Below are positions 28,234-38,463 of a stretch of DNA of 64,000 nucleotides, one piece after another; within the stretch, counting starts at the first letter, position 1, and every line of letters starts with the position of its first letter. The DNA is from an uncultured Verrucomicrobiae bacterium. GTDB lineage: Bacteria; Verrucomicrobiota; Verrucomicrobiia; Chthoniobacterales; JAATET01. The translations under genes were made by a program, and so were the position numbers. The notes beneath the pieces were generated by a model. It saw only the letters and a list, made by a program, of their open reading frames with translations, searched no databases and had not been told where the DNA came from. Location: assembly GCA_963719495.1 (NCBI GenBank), contig CAVRCI010000002.1, forward strand, positions 512,001 to 576,000. Direction: 5' to 3'.

Positions 28234-31200
28234 CACCGCAAGACTGTCTCTGACCCGCGCTTCGTATGGAGCACCAGAATCCGGCACGGTGCCTTAAGAC
28301 GCCCTCGTTCCATCGGAAAGCTGGCTCGCAGTCTGTTTCTGGACCTGAGTTCTCTCTACTTGGCTGATCAACTTGGGATTCTGAATTTGGTCGAATCCGA
28401 ATTCGCACCGATTCAAATATCCCCAACGTTAATTGATGCGCTAAAGGCCGAGATCGACCGCCTTTCGGATGCGCAGCCGTCCCGAATCGAAGCTGAACAG
28501 GAAGTTTTGAGACTTCTATATTCCGGAAAACTTACGTCTGTAACATTTCCCGAAACTCTTCTCCCGGATGGGGAAGTGCTGCAGGCGAGCATGGGAGCGG
28601 AATGGTGCTCAATGCTCGCGCACGCTGTCTCACATCACGGGAAGATAGTGGATTTCACGCCACTAACGACGAACCAAGAAGACCCGGTTTTAGCCGAGCT
28701 GCCCGATACACTCGCTTCGTACGTCACAGGATTAGGGGCATTACTCGAAGCGCTCGCAGTTTCCGGTAAAATATCCGGAGCTGACGCCCAATTGGCTCGC
28801 GAGCGACTCGGTTCCTTCGCTGTTACAGAGACTGTTCCGGAATTGAGACCAAAAGCACCTGTCATCCTTGTGCCGGGTGTCGCGACAGAATTGGCGTTCG
28901 CGGGCATTCTGATGCCGCTAACCGCCGAGGCAAATGTTGTAATCAATCAAAACGAGAAGCAAGGTATTGAGCAACACAGGTTGCAACTCGATCTGCGCGA
29001 CGAAATGGTCGCGTGGCTAAAGTCATTGAGAGAACGCGTCCGCACCGGGCTAGGCACTAGGTATGTGATGATTCCGAACACACGTTCTGGAGCGCCGGAG
29101 GGATGGGATGCGCAATCCAACCCAACTCTGGCGTGCCTATGGGATTTCCTAGATATCGGCAGAAGCAAGGCTGTCTTGAGCTGCATCGATGATCGCACAA
29201 TTGGAAACGTTGACCGATTTGGAGAGTCAAAGGTGGTCGATACCTACGATCTCCTCGCGCATTTCAAAGCGCGACGGAAAATTACCTCCGAGCAATTTTA
29301 CAGTTTCACGCACGTTCTGCGACGGGAGAACTACTGGTATATACCAATCTCGAAGGCTGAGCTTCGCCACCATTTGGCGACTGCGGAGTATGCCAACGAC
29401 TCGCTCATCGAGTCCGCTGAACTTCGCACCATTCGGCGTTACTTTGCAGCATGTCTCCTTGATTGGGACTCTTTGCAGAAGCTCCCGCCGAACCATCCTT
29501 TAATTCACCGAAAGTCTGAAATCGCTATCGCAGCATCAGTCCAGGTCGGCTGCACCGACGTACTTCTGCGAATCTGGAAAGACCCCAACATCTCACTTCC
29601 TCGCAAGCATTCTGCCAGCGACTGGATTCTAAACTCCCTTTGGATCGACATCGCTGCGGTAAATACTTTCGGCAAAGACGAGACCGCAGTCGTGGAAGGA
29701 ACGCTCGGGATATGCTTGGCGCACTTGATTACGAACATCGTCCAAATCGGAATTTTAGCTGACCAGACCGAGACTCGAACCGCCTACCTCGATTGGCTCC
29801 TCTCGCGTATCAACGCAGACTCGGACAAAGGCGGGCCACTGGCGGTGCAACTCAAGAGGATGCTCGAAACGCTAAACAGCGACATCGGGGGAGTTTTCAA
29901 GAAGCCGTGGCGGCGAATGATGTCCAACGTGGTCACAGCGCTGCCGGTCGAACTCCGGATTGCACTCGATTTGACCTCAAAGGAACGGAAGGCGTTTGGA
30001 TATTCTGAATACACCGCAATTACGGTCGGTGAATTCACATTCGACGGGGTGGATATCTGGCCAGCTATAGCCAAAGCGGCGGAGGGAAAAGCGGCAACCG
30101 TCGAATCAAAAGACACCCACTCAAAGCAGTTTTCGTTGAAGGCAAGCTGGAAGGAGAATCAGCTTCGTGTCCTCTTTGATGATGGGGAGAAGAAATTCGG
30201 CGTTTCTAATGAATTGTTTGCGCTTGTTAGTAACGACCCAAAAGTTCAACGCCGGACGTTGGAAGACTTGAGAAGCTCTTTTGATTTATCGAAAGCCCGC
30301 TCCAAAACGGCTTTTGCGAAGGTTCTATCAAATAGGCGTGTTGATTTGCGCCTGCGGGATACGACGGACCTTAGAGACAACTCGTTTGAATGGACCCTGA
30401 AAGCGACCGCGCAAAAAATCCGCCAAATCGAGTCGATAGATCTAAACGATTTCGTCCCGATAAATGCGATTGGCGTTTTGCAGCATTTGCGGCTGGAAAT
30501 GAAACCGCGCGGACAAAAATATGAAGAGACACTTGCGCGGAGCGCCTCAGTGTTGCTCGCCGAAGAAGGCTTTGAAGAAGCATTCTACCGCCACGCGTGT
30601 CTCCCCGTGATGCTCGCTTCTGAAATCGTGGAAAGCTTCGACCGGTTGCCGGTTGAAGCGCGAGAACGGTTCATCGCGTTGATTGATGCCGGGGAAGGGG
30701 GCGCTATTCAGCGCCTACACGCGTGTTTTCTAATTTGGCGCTCAGAGTCCGGTGACCAAGCCAAAGCGCTTGAATGGTTCAAAGCGTTAAACACAAAGCC
30801 AGGGACCCAATCCTGGGGATTGTTTGCGTCCATCATGCACTGGTCGTATTCCAGACTTACGTTGGAAGCGGGCGATAGCGCTGGTGACGAGACAGCCGTG
30901 CTCGCCACTTGGATTCACGCGGGCAGGTTGAGCCAGCTCTTTTGCCACGGAACCGACAAGAAGGGGCTTTCCACTTTTTTCAAGGCTCATGGGTCAAAGA
31001 ATCCTGAGCGAGCCTTCACCAAACAGGAACAGGCGGCTACGGATGTCAGCAATCCCCGCAATCTCGACTTCATTCGTCTCGTCATCCACGGACTTTCCGC
31101 AACCCTCAAGCTTTGCAGGAGAACGCCTGATCTATCCTCATTTTCCGCAGAGCTGAACTCGCTCTGTTTTCCCTACGACGATCAAAATTTCCCAGCGCTG

Positions 31201-31854
31201 TCACTCGTTGCTCAACAGAATACTCGTTCAAATTTTCTTGGAGCTTTCGTAGGGCCTTGCGATCCTACTCCTCTCGTCGAATACGTCGGCGAACGAATCA
31301 ATCAAATCGCTCCAACAGCACTTCACATAGATTCGCTAAGAGCCTTTGATCTTCTGAATGAGGACACCACCAATCAGAGTGCGTGGGCTCTCGTCGGACT
31401 TCACATTGTAGGCAGCGCGCCTACTGCCGAAGAAGGTCGTAGATTGCTGCACGCCGTCGAAGCGGTGAACTTTGCAACATGGGCGGACTTGGACCAGGCG
31501 AAGCTGACGCTCGGTTTTATCTTCGCTCAGGCTGTCAACTTCCCACATCGCAGTCAGTTATTTGAGGCGAAGTTAGTTGAGTTGTCAAAAGCCTTGGGCT
31601 CTGGGTGGCTATCGATGTCCGCAGAAGATTCGGCGGATCTTATCGCCAATACGGCGTTCCACATGTGCTTTTCGGCGTCGGCCCCAACTGAACGTATGCG
31701 GCGCTTTTTAGGACTTTGCGCTCAAGCAGCTCACGCACTGCCGGAGGCCGCTCCTCGCCTACTAGAAGTAGGAACGAGGCTGGCGTTCAGCCAGCGGTGC
31801 GAACATCTACCATGGATGGTTCGTTCCCTTCTTCAACTTCGGTGTGCTGCATGA
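28234..31854 (+). CDS. C-terminal part of the same reading frame: PIN-like domain(s) plus a long helical region
   Basis: Same frame as the upstream ORF and open straight after the TAA; LFLDLSSLYLADQLGIL, CIDDRTI, VDTYDLL, LRRENYWYIP. Confidence 0.75.
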   Translation, partial: HRKTVSDPRFVWSTRIRHGALRRPRSIGKLARSLFLDLSSLYLADQLGILNLVESEFAPIQISPTLIDALKAEIDRLSDAQPSRIEAEQEVLRLLYSGKLTSVTFPETLLPDGEVLQASMGAEWCSMLAHAVSHHGKIVDFTPLTTNQEDPVLAELPDTLASYVTGLGALLEALAVSGKISGADAQLARERLGSFAVTETVPELRPKAPVILVPGVATELAFAGILMPLTAEANVVINQNEKQGIEQHRLQLDLRDEMVAWLKSLRERVRTGLGTRYVMIPNTRSGAPEGWDAQSNPTLACLWDFLDIGRSKAVLSCIDDRTIGNVDRFGESKVVDTYDLLAHFKARRKITSEQFYSFTHVLRRENYWYIPISKAELRHHLATAEYANDSLIESAELRTIRRYFAACLLDWDSLQKLPPNHPLIHRKSEIAIAASVQVGCTDVLLRIWKDPNISLPRKHSASDWILNSLWIDIAAVNTFGKDETAVVEGTLGICLAHLITNIVQIGILADQTETRTAYLDWLLSRINADSDKGGPLAVQLKRMLETLNSDIGGVFKKPWRRMMSNVVTALPVELRIALDLTSKERKAFGYSEYTAITVGEFTFDGVDIWPAIAKAAEGKAATVESKDTHSKQFSLKASWKENQLRVLFDDGEKKFGVSNELFALVSNDPKVQRRTLEDLRSSFDLSKARSKTAFAKVLSNRRVDLRLRDTTDLRDNSFEWTLKATAQKIRQIESIDLNDFVPINAIGVLQHLRLEMKPRGQKYEETLARSASVLLAEEGFEEAFYRHACLPVMLASEIVESFDRLPVEARERFIALIDAGEGGAIQRLHACFLIWRSESGDQAKALEWFKALNTKPGTQSWGLFASIMHWSYSRLTLEAGDSAGDETAVLATWIHAGRLSQLFCHGTDKKGLSTFFKAHGSKNPERAFTKQEQAATDVSNPRNLDFIRLVIHGLSATLKLCRRTPDLSSFSAELNSLCFPYDDQNFPALSLVAQQNTRSNFLGAFVGPCDPTPLVEYVGERINQIAPTALHIDSLRAFDLLNEDTTNQSAWALVGLHIVGSAPTAEEGRRLLHAVEAVNFATWADLDQAKLTLGFIFAQAVNFPHRSQLFEAKLVELSKALGSGWLSMSAEDSADLIANTAFHMCFSASAPTERMRRFLGLCAQAAHALPEAAPRLLEVGTRLAFSQRCEHLPWMVRSLLQLRCAA

Positions 31855-32161
31855 CCTCAAGTCATTTCATGAAATTTACCCGGCTGGTCGAACTAGCTTC
31901 GGGCTGTGGCCACATCGGCTGCCGCTCGGGTAATGGCGGCGGTCACTCGCTTCCGCCCTCCTCTGCTGAACTGGAGAAGGGAGCTGATGCAGCGAAAGTT
32001 TCTTTCTGCGAATCGGCCTACGTCGTCGTGGGTACTGATTTACCTATTTGGCCGCCAGGCATCTGACGAAAAATCAGTGGCGAATTAGGATCTATTGCGC
32101 GAACATGAGATGACTTATAATTCCGATAGCGAGAAGCCTTCGGGTAACGACAATTCATCTG

Positions 32162-33247
32162 ATGGCGATTATACAATCCACCGAAGGCGACCAAATATTA
32201 ATTGACTGCTTTCAGTGGAGATTCGGGAATGGCGCAACTGCTGAACTGAGCAAGTTTCATAACGAGTTGAGCAAGACTCAGTTCTCATTCAACTTACTCG
32301 AACAACTTCGAACACGTGAATTTCCTGGGTATCCCAGCTTTGAGGTGGGGATGCCAGACAACTACTACTACTTTGTGCCCGACTCTGGGTGGGGAAGTTC
32401 TAAGCCGTTTCCCAACAACTGCCTCGATCCAAATTTCGTGTATTGCATCGATGGAGCCGGTCTGAACCTCGGATGTCCCCTACGCCTCCACGCGGCGCTA
32501 GCCTGCGCGTCGAAGCTCGGACGGGAGAATGTTGACAGTTGCGTGAAAGAGTTGGGCTTATCGACAAAGCACTTGTCCGCGGTCGAAGAACTGCTCTGGG
32601 CGGACATCTGGATGCCAGAAGTAAAAGTTTTGCGCGCGGTACATCCGAAAACCGGTCGTTGGTATGATTGGGACATATCAACAGCGTCGAAGCCGATAAG
32701 GCTGGAGGTGAAGTTTCATAAGTCGGATTGGCCGCGGGTGGAAGACGCATACCATCTACCAATTCCAGACAAGATTTTGGCGAGCGCCTCCGGGCAACTG
32801 ACTGAGACGGGCGACCATTACAACGTCGTAGGAATAACGCTGATGGAGACGCCGCGCCTCAATTACTTGGCTGCACTAGAAGGTGAGTTGGCGGCCCATA
32901 CGAACATTGATGCCGTAATTTTGAAGTCGTTTGCGGGCGACATAGGGGTCTATTCTATGACCCAAGCGACTGCAGAGATGATTGCCTCTTCGATTGTGCG
33001 GCGACCGGCGGACCAGTTCCAACTCTTCTACACCTTTATCGAGAACATTTCGCAGAAGAACGACCGGCTGGCCCAGCGGTCCGCCCAGGCGGTCGCAGAT
33101 CAGCCTTCCCAACTCTCCTGCGTGAAGGTTCAGTGCCTTCCACCTCGTAAGATGGGCATTCTACCAGATCTGCCCTATCGCGTTGGAATCGACTCCCGAG
33201 ATCCTCTTACCGACGAGCCCCACTTTTACACGATTTGTCCTTACTAG
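32162..33247 (+). CDS. Hypothetical protein, possible PD-(D/E)xK nuclease
   Basis: 361-aa ORF; EELL...YDWDIS...RLEVK resembles the E...D...ExK pattern. Confidence 0.6.
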   Translation: MAIIQSTEGDQILIDCFQWRFGNGATAELSKFHNELSKTQFSFNLLEQLRTREFPGYPSFEVGMPDNYYYFVPDSGWGSSKPFPNNCLDPNFVYCIDGAGLNLGCPLRLHAALACASKLGRENVDSCVKELGLSTKHLSAVEELLWADIWMPEVKVLRAVHPKTGRWYDWDISTASKPIRLEVKFHKSDWPRVEDAYHLPIPDKILASASGQLTETGDHYNVVGITLMETPRLNYLAALEGELAAHTNIDAVILKSFAGDIGVYSMTQATAEMIASSIVRRPADQFQLFYTFIENISQKNDRLAQRSAQAVADQPSQLSCVKVQCLPPRKMGILPDLPYRVGIDSRDPLTDEPHFYTICPY

Positions 33248-33365
33248 AACCGGCATCCCCCGCTTCTCTCCGAGCCTGAAGACATGTGCGTACTCGTGCT
33301 TGTCGGCGACGTCTGTTCGCCCGCTACGAGGCCACGCTGGATCGCCGCCCTCGCTCGAGTGTTCG

Positions 33366-33503
33366 ATCACCGTGCGTTACGGACGAATCGGAAACCGCGG
33401 TGAAAGCCAGACCAAGACCTTTGATTCAACCGAACGGGCAGCGCGAGAAGTCGCCAAGCTCCCGTTGGAGAAGACGCGCAAGGGCTACGTTGAGGCTACC
33501 TGA
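33366..33503 (+). pseudogene. WGR-domain remnant (N-terminus missing)
   Basis: ITVRYGRIGNRGESQTKTFDSTERAAREVAKLPLEKTRKGYVE. Confidence 0.75.
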
Positions 33504-33510
33504 GTCAGAT

Positions 33511-33583
33511 TGAACCCCTGCCACAGAGGCGAAGCAACGTGTGCCGTCTTTCGTTGCCTGGCGTTATATCGACGGCTTCGGGA
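33511..33583 (+). repeat. ~70-bp palindromic direct repeat, copy B
   Basis: tgaacccctgccacagaggcgaagcaacg...cgttgcctggcgttatatcgacggcttc; same 14-nt GCAAC/GTTGC spacing as copy A. Confidence 0.75.
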
Positions 33584-33787
33584 TGGACTCTCCGTTCCTG
33601 AGAATTCCCTCAGCGGACTACGCTAGAACCAACAGGGCTTCGCGGTGTGGTGATTGATGAATTTTGCCGCTTTCGACGGTCCGGATGAAATCGGTGTGAG
33701 CTAACAGAGGCTCGTCTGGAATCGACAAATCTTATTGCGAAGTGGCGCAGGCCGGTACCGCTGAAATGCAATCAGTATCTTTGATGC

Positions 33788-34150
33788 ATGACTCAAGCAG
33801 AACTCTATCTCCGCACTGATGAATTTCCACTATGGAATGGTTATAAGCGACCGAAAGTGCTTCGTCGCGACGAATTCGGACGTTTGATATTTGGCGATGG
33901 GTCATGGGTCGAATACACCGCATCCGGGGAAGCGAATACAGGGATGTATTCGCCAACGGAATGGCGAGCGGCAGAGGTGGATGCATGGAATAAAGGCAGA
34001 AGCGACCGGCTTGGCTTCCAGAAGATGAGCGCGGACTTCGTTGGCGATACTCGTCGTCACCCCGCGAGGGTTTGCGAACAATACCGCGGCGGGTTTTTCT
34101 CAGTGGAGAATTGGCCGAGGCGATCCCGCGTCGAACAGAAGTTTAGCTGA
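33788..34150 (+). CDS. Hypothetical protein
   Basis: 120-aa ORF with ATG start; convergent overlap with the YR gene; no recognised motif. Confidence 0.5.
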   Translation: MTQAELYLRTDEFPLWNGYKRPKVLRRDEFGRLIFGDGSWVEYTASGEANTGMYSPTEWRAAEVDAWNKGRSDRLGFQKMSADFVGDTRRHPARVCEQYRGGFFSVENWPRRSRVEQKFS

Positions 34151-35867
34151 ACAGTCCGTCAATCGAGGCTCTCATGGAAGGATTGCTCAGAGAATCGCGC
34201 ATCCGATCCCATCGAAGTTTGGCCTGCAACAGGGTGTGGATCGGTTGAGCGAAATTGTAGGTTTTTCGCGTAGTTACCCGGCTCGCGTGCCCTGCAATTT
34301 TCGCCATAAAATCGACCGGGTCTTCGGCACGGGTGTGTTCTGCGAACGAATTGAGGGCTTTCCCGCGAAATATGAAATTCGAAAGATGCTTTTCTACAAA
34401 AGGAAGTGCTGAGAGACACGGGTCATGTGCCAGCGCAAGCCTAACTGACAGCCAAGTTATCCCCATACGACGCAAGTCATGAAGACGCGGTCGCTTTGAC
34501 CAGTGAAAATCTTTGCGGAGTAAGTCCGCGTAAGCGTTATGAATTTCCGCGTGATCGATCACTTCAGAGAGTAGCGTTCGATCTATACCCGCGAGATCCA
34601 AGAAAGTTCGATAGCGATCTGAGGTGGAAAGGGAAGTGATCCACTGTTGAATGAATTCCACGTCGGTTTCAGGCAGGAGATGTCCCAGAGGAAGACGGAA
34701 GTATGCGCATTTTGCGACTTTCGTGCGACCAAGGCAGAGTAGGGGAAAAACATCTTCGAAAAACCCTTCTGGCGTAACGCCAAACAGGCAACTCAGCCGC
34801 CTGCCGCAGCTTGTAATCAAGAGTATAACTCGACGAGCACAACACTCGGTTTGGTCCAATGATGGGTAAGGGCTATCGAGACCGAAGTGATTTCGAAAAG
34901 CATCTAGACCAACCAGATAAACTTTCAGGCTGCTCTGTCGCCGATAGCCCTCATCGAAGTGCGCTTTGAGTCGATCCACCATCTCCCTTGGACAGACGCG
35001 ATAGAGCAATTTGGCCGCGGAAGAATCGTGGGAGGTAAACGCGAAACGCCCTTGAGACTTCGATTCTTCTGACAGTCGCAAGACGAGGCGTGGAAGAGAT
35101 GCGAGAGTTCGAAGCAGCGAGAGTCCCGCAACCGCACCATTTGCACGGAGGTTTTGCCGGGTGATCCTCTTCCTACAGATTTGAACTAGCCAATGCGTGG
35201 CTTCACGATCTTTGCCAAGTGTGGCTCTGCTTTCTGCCTCATCCAAGATTTCTCCGATGTTCTCTCTGAGTTTCTCGTCTTTTAGGCATTCATTGATAGA
35301 CTTTTTCGTCTGGAAAAAGACCGGAAACTCATCCGCAATTCTTAGCCGCGAGCGGGATTCCTTTGAAATCACACCCTTCATCATGTCGAGGTCAAGCGAC
35401 ACCGGATTGGCACAGGTCAAGGTGCCGTTGACATATCCGATTGTAACCGAAGAAAAATGCTCAGCCGTATCTGCTTCCAGAAGTTTCCCGAGCGCTTGGA
35501 TGGGATCAACTTTAAAACCGAATTTGTAGTGTGATGCCTGGACCAAGAGGTCACTAATTTTACCTTCAGTCAGGATTGTTTTTAGATTGGGAGGCCCGTC
35601 AAATCCTCGAAAAGGATTCCAGACTATGCGCGGCCCGCCTTTCGTCTCGAGTTGGAGCCACTCGTCTTCGCAGACCCAAGCGGATTGCAAAACGATTGCC
35701 TCAAGCCCGCGTAGCCCAACAGGCAGGAGACGCACTCGAAGGAGGAAATCCCAGACGGTATGCGGGGATGCTTGAGTAGCGACTACCTCGTTTAGTGCGT
35801 TGGATAGTTGGCGTCTGCCTTCGGTGGAAGAGTAGCCGTCGCGTTGGCGGGACGATCTGGTTTTCAT
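34143..35867 (-). CDS. Large tyrosine recombinase (IntB/GinC-like)
   Basis: ILLITSCGRR (R), RTK...RLPLGHLL (K), RLHDLRR (HxxR), IAGHAS (H), TTRKTY (Y); ATGA overlap with the upstream gene at 35864-35867. Confidence 0.8.
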   Translation of the reverse strand: MKTRSSRQRDGYSSTEGRRQLSNALNEVVATQASPHTVWDFLLRVRLLPVGLRGLEAIVLQSAWVCEDEWLQLETKGGPRIVWNPFRGFDGPPNLKTILTEGKISDLLVQASHYKFGFKVDPIQALGKLLEADTAEHFSSVTIGYVNGTLTCANPVSLDLDMMKGVISKESRSRLRIADEFPVFFQTKKSINECLKDEKLRENIGEILDEAESRATLGKDREATHWLVQICRKRITRQNLRANGAVAGLSLLRTLASLPRLVLRLSEESKSQGRFAFTSHDSSAAKLLYRVCPREMVDRLKAHFDEGYRRQSSLKVYLVGLDAFRNHFGLDSPYPSLDQTECCARRVILLITSCGRRLSCLFGVTPEGFFEDVFPLLCLGRTKVAKCAYFRLPLGHLLPETDVEFIQQWITSLSTSDRYRTFLDLAGIDRTLLSEVIDHAEIHNAYADLLRKDFHWSKRPRLHDLRRMGITWLSVRLALAHDPCLSALPFVEKHLSNFIFRGKALNSFAEHTRAEDPVDFMAKIAGHASRVTTRKTYNFAQPIHTLLQAKLRWDRMRDSLSNPSMRASIDGLFS

Positions 35868-38038
35868 AAGGTTGCCCAGGCGAAATTTAGTTTTGTTAGA
35901 AGATGCACCGCGGCTGCTTCGCATTCTTCATACATCACTGGCATGCGCTGCGAATCGGGAGATCTCGGACTGCGAGCACGAGATGGAAAATGATCATGGA
36001 TCGCCTGAATGGCGTCCTCTGCCAGGACGTCATCGTCGCGGAGGATCGTGTTGCTGTAATTGCGCATTGCTCTACGATGCAGGTATTGGAATGCCTCAGT
36101 GCGTGGGTTCGCGGCCAGAGAGTCGGATACCGTCCGGTGAATGGGAGGTAACTCCACGAGCTGATTTTCTTTAAGCGCCAAGAACCAATAAATGCGTTGG
36201 TCCACGTAATCGGCTCCTCTTAAACCGGTTTCCCGGAACCTTGCCAAATACTGGTGGAGCGAGCGGTTCAGGGTGAACAGCACCGAGCGAAGCGACTGCG
36301 TGTAAACGATCGTGCGAGAATATTCTTTCTCCCTAACATCTCGGATGATGTCGCGAGTGGAAATTCGCACTCGGGCGTTCAGGCGGAGGGGTTCGAACGC
36401 ATCCCTGTTGCGGGTAAATGTGAGCAGGTTCTCGGCTAACCGTGCGGCGGCAGCAATGACGTTGGAGGCGGCAATCAGCTCCTCCGCATTCTGTAGGCTC
36501 GGTGGCTGGATAAGATCGCCGACCGTTTCAAACAAAGTCGACAAGCATTCCGTAGTCGGACAAAGCGCACTCCCAGTCGGATCGAGACCCTGAGCGTCGC
36601 AGAAAAAATTAGGGTCGATCTCCGTTCGGCAAAGCTTCGTGATCACTGGCAAGCAGTTGCTTGGGTCATAGTGGATATAGTGCATCCAGCCCGGTCGGTT
36701 TTGCCGCAGTGCATTAATACCAAGTTCATAGTAAATTGCCGGAATCTTCGTCCACAGGGGAAAGTTATGGAGCAGTGCTGAGCATAGTGAGGGGATCGTG
36801 ATTCCGAGCGAGTTTGCTTCCAGCCACGCACTCGCTTCGCATTGCAGATCGGTGTTGCCCGCCTCGAGTTGGCGTTGTATTGCGGCGCCGATACCTTTTG
36901 TAGTAAACGAAACGAAGGTCTTGGTGGGGAGTCGGTGGATTGTCGTGTCAACGACCAATGAATCTTGCCATAGCTTAACTGGACGCTGAATGACAGCGCA
37001 CGCCGAGCGCAATTGGATATTCTGCGGAAGGATCTCCCAAGGTTTGACAGCGGAGGAAATTAGAAAAGCAACCGCCACCGCTCCCGGCTGTTCGAGCGAT
37101 GAGCACGCGGTCCTGAGCAGCGAGCGAAGCTCGGGAAAGCAGGGGATTCCGGGTCCGGCGACGCGACTCAGACTCGGAATTTTGTCTGAGTTCCGCAGCG
37201 CGTTTTCCGTAATTCCGACTGGCGTCATCGGTGTTCGGAGATTGTCCGGTTCCGAGAAGAAAAGGAATTTGCGAAGCCTGTTGGGGTATCCTCTAAGTTC
37301 GGACTCGATGGTAGTCTCATTCTCGCCGCGCAGAGCCACGCTGGCAGATGACCAGTTGCCCGAGATTCGGGTGAAGATGTCCAACATGGGTTTTTTTTCC
37401 CTTTGAGTCTCCGCATCAGCAAGCGAACGGAGTGCTAGGAGACGTCGGCGAGTAAACTCGGGGGAAATCGAGTCGCTCGTACATGCAAGTTTCTCCGCCG
37501 GCGTCATGTGGGTCGCATTGTTCGACGAATAATCCGAGGCTACGAGGTGACGATGTTGATCGAGTATCCGCTTCCGAACTGAACTCGAATCGATTTTGCC
37601 GTCGCCTTTCAGCCCATTCACAAGGCAGGTTGCAAAGACGAGATCGAGAGTCTCCCTCAACATCTCAAGGTGGATGGTGTTCCAAGCTATCAGCGGAGAT
37701 GCACCTGTCGATTGAGCTGTCCTGAGAAGCGTCGGCAGACTCGGCAAGTTTTCACACGGGTTTCTCGCAATAATGAATCCCAACGGACACTCATTCTCGT
37801 AAGGGCGCTCGAGGATTTGCTCTGGGGGAGCCATGGCAAATGCCGTTCGTAACTCAGCATGCAAAACGGCATCTTTCACGAACGGTAACGTGCCGATCAA
37901 AATTCTCCGGAGGCCGCGCGGCTTCTCTGCAGAGAAATACAGCGATTCGGGATTTTCTAGTCCGTCGAAGACGAGAAAATCGGCTCCAGCGATGGCCTTC
38001 CGTACGAGGTGAATGAGATGCGAGTCGTTGGCATTCAT
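35864..38038 (-). CDS. Degenerate tyrosine-recombinase-fold protein (Tfp/GinB-like)
   Basis: C-terminal order GS...SN...LLTFTR...REK..SR.I...RAMRNY...IQAIHDH...SP.S follows the YR catalytic-domain layout without a canonical HxxR or Tyr; ATGA overlaps at both ends. Confidence 0.6.
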   Translation of the reverse strand: MNANDSHLIHLVRKAIAGADFLVFDGLENPESLYFSAEKPRGLRRILIGTLPFVKDAVLHAELRTAFAMAPPEQILERPYENECPLGFIIARNPCENLPSLPTLLRTAQSTGASPLIAWNTIHLEMLRETLDLVFATCLVNGLKGDGKIDSSSVRKRILDQHRHLVASDYSSNNATHMTPAEKLACTSDSISPEFTRRRLLALRSLADAETQREKKPMLDIFTRISGNWSSASVALRGENETTIESELRGYPNRLRKFLFFSEPDNLRTPMTPVGITENALRNSDKIPSLSRVAGPGIPCFPELRSLLRTACSSLEQPGAVAVAFLISSAVKPWEILPQNIQLRSACAVIQRPVKLWQDSLVVDTTIHRLPTKTFVSFTTKGIGAAIQRQLEAGNTDLQCEASAWLEANSLGITIPSLCSALLHNFPLWTKIPAIYYELGINALRQNRPGWMHYIHYDPSNCLPVITKLCRTEIDPNFFCDAQGLDPTGSALCPTTECLSTLFETVGDLIQPPSLQNAEELIAASNVIAAAARLAENLLTFTRNRDAFEPLRLNARVRISTRDIIRDVREKEYSRTIVYTQSLRSVLFTLNRSLHQYLARFRETGLRGADYVDQRIYWFLALKENQLVELPPIHRTVSDSLAANPRTEAFQYLHRRAMRNYSNTILRDDDVLAEDAIQAIHDHFPSRARSPRSPDSQRMPVMYEECEAAAVHLLTKLNFAWATL

Positions 38039-38463
38039 AGCTGATAATCAAAGGCGAGTTGTCTGCCAATTTGCCGGGCCTCGGCGGGCTTGGCGCCAAT
38101 TATTTCCCCCATCGCGGGTAGGAAGTGAGCGGCGAAAATAGTCCTCAGAGCTTCCGCGAGTAATTCCTCTCGAACTCGCTCGGAAAATCCAGCAATGGGT
38201 GCCAGAAGCTGGTTCTCGATCGTGACCTGAATCCTACAAATTTCGCCTCTTGTTCGAGACGAACGATCGAGAGTTGAAATCTTTTGATCACGCAGCTCAA
38301 GCAGAGCTTCTTTTAGGTGATTTTGGATAACCTGTTCAACCGCGGCCCGCTCGACACTTAAATAGGACATCACGGGGTCATCGATCGTCAATCGAGCCCC
38401 TATCCGAAGATGCGCAGGCAATTCTGCGCGGAGCTTTAGAATCGAAGGACTTTTAGCGCTCAT
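38035..38463 (-). CDS. Hypothetical 142-aa protein, possibly tandem ribbon-helix-helix
   Basis: ATG 38463 overlaps the end of the upstream HTH gene; two beta-alpha-alpha-like units (RLTIDDPVMSYL; IQVTIENQLL). Confidence 0.6.
   Translation of the reverse strand: MSAKSPSILKLRAELPAHLRIGARLTIDDPVMSYLSVERAAVEQVIQNHLKEALLELRDQKISTLDRSSRTRGEICRIQVTIENQLLAPIAGFSERVREELLAEALRTIFAAHFLPAMGEIIGAKPAEARQIGRQLAFDYQL

Noticed and set aside
23963..33583. Integron attC interpretation of the ~70-bp repeats
   Set aside because: No clean RYYYAAC/GTTRRRY ends, only two copies 9.5 kb apart, and no IntI-like integrase; kept only as a generic candidate site.
25405..33716. Shared 11-mer agaggctcgtc at about 25405 and 33706
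   Set aside because: Too short, with unconvincing flanks; could be chance.
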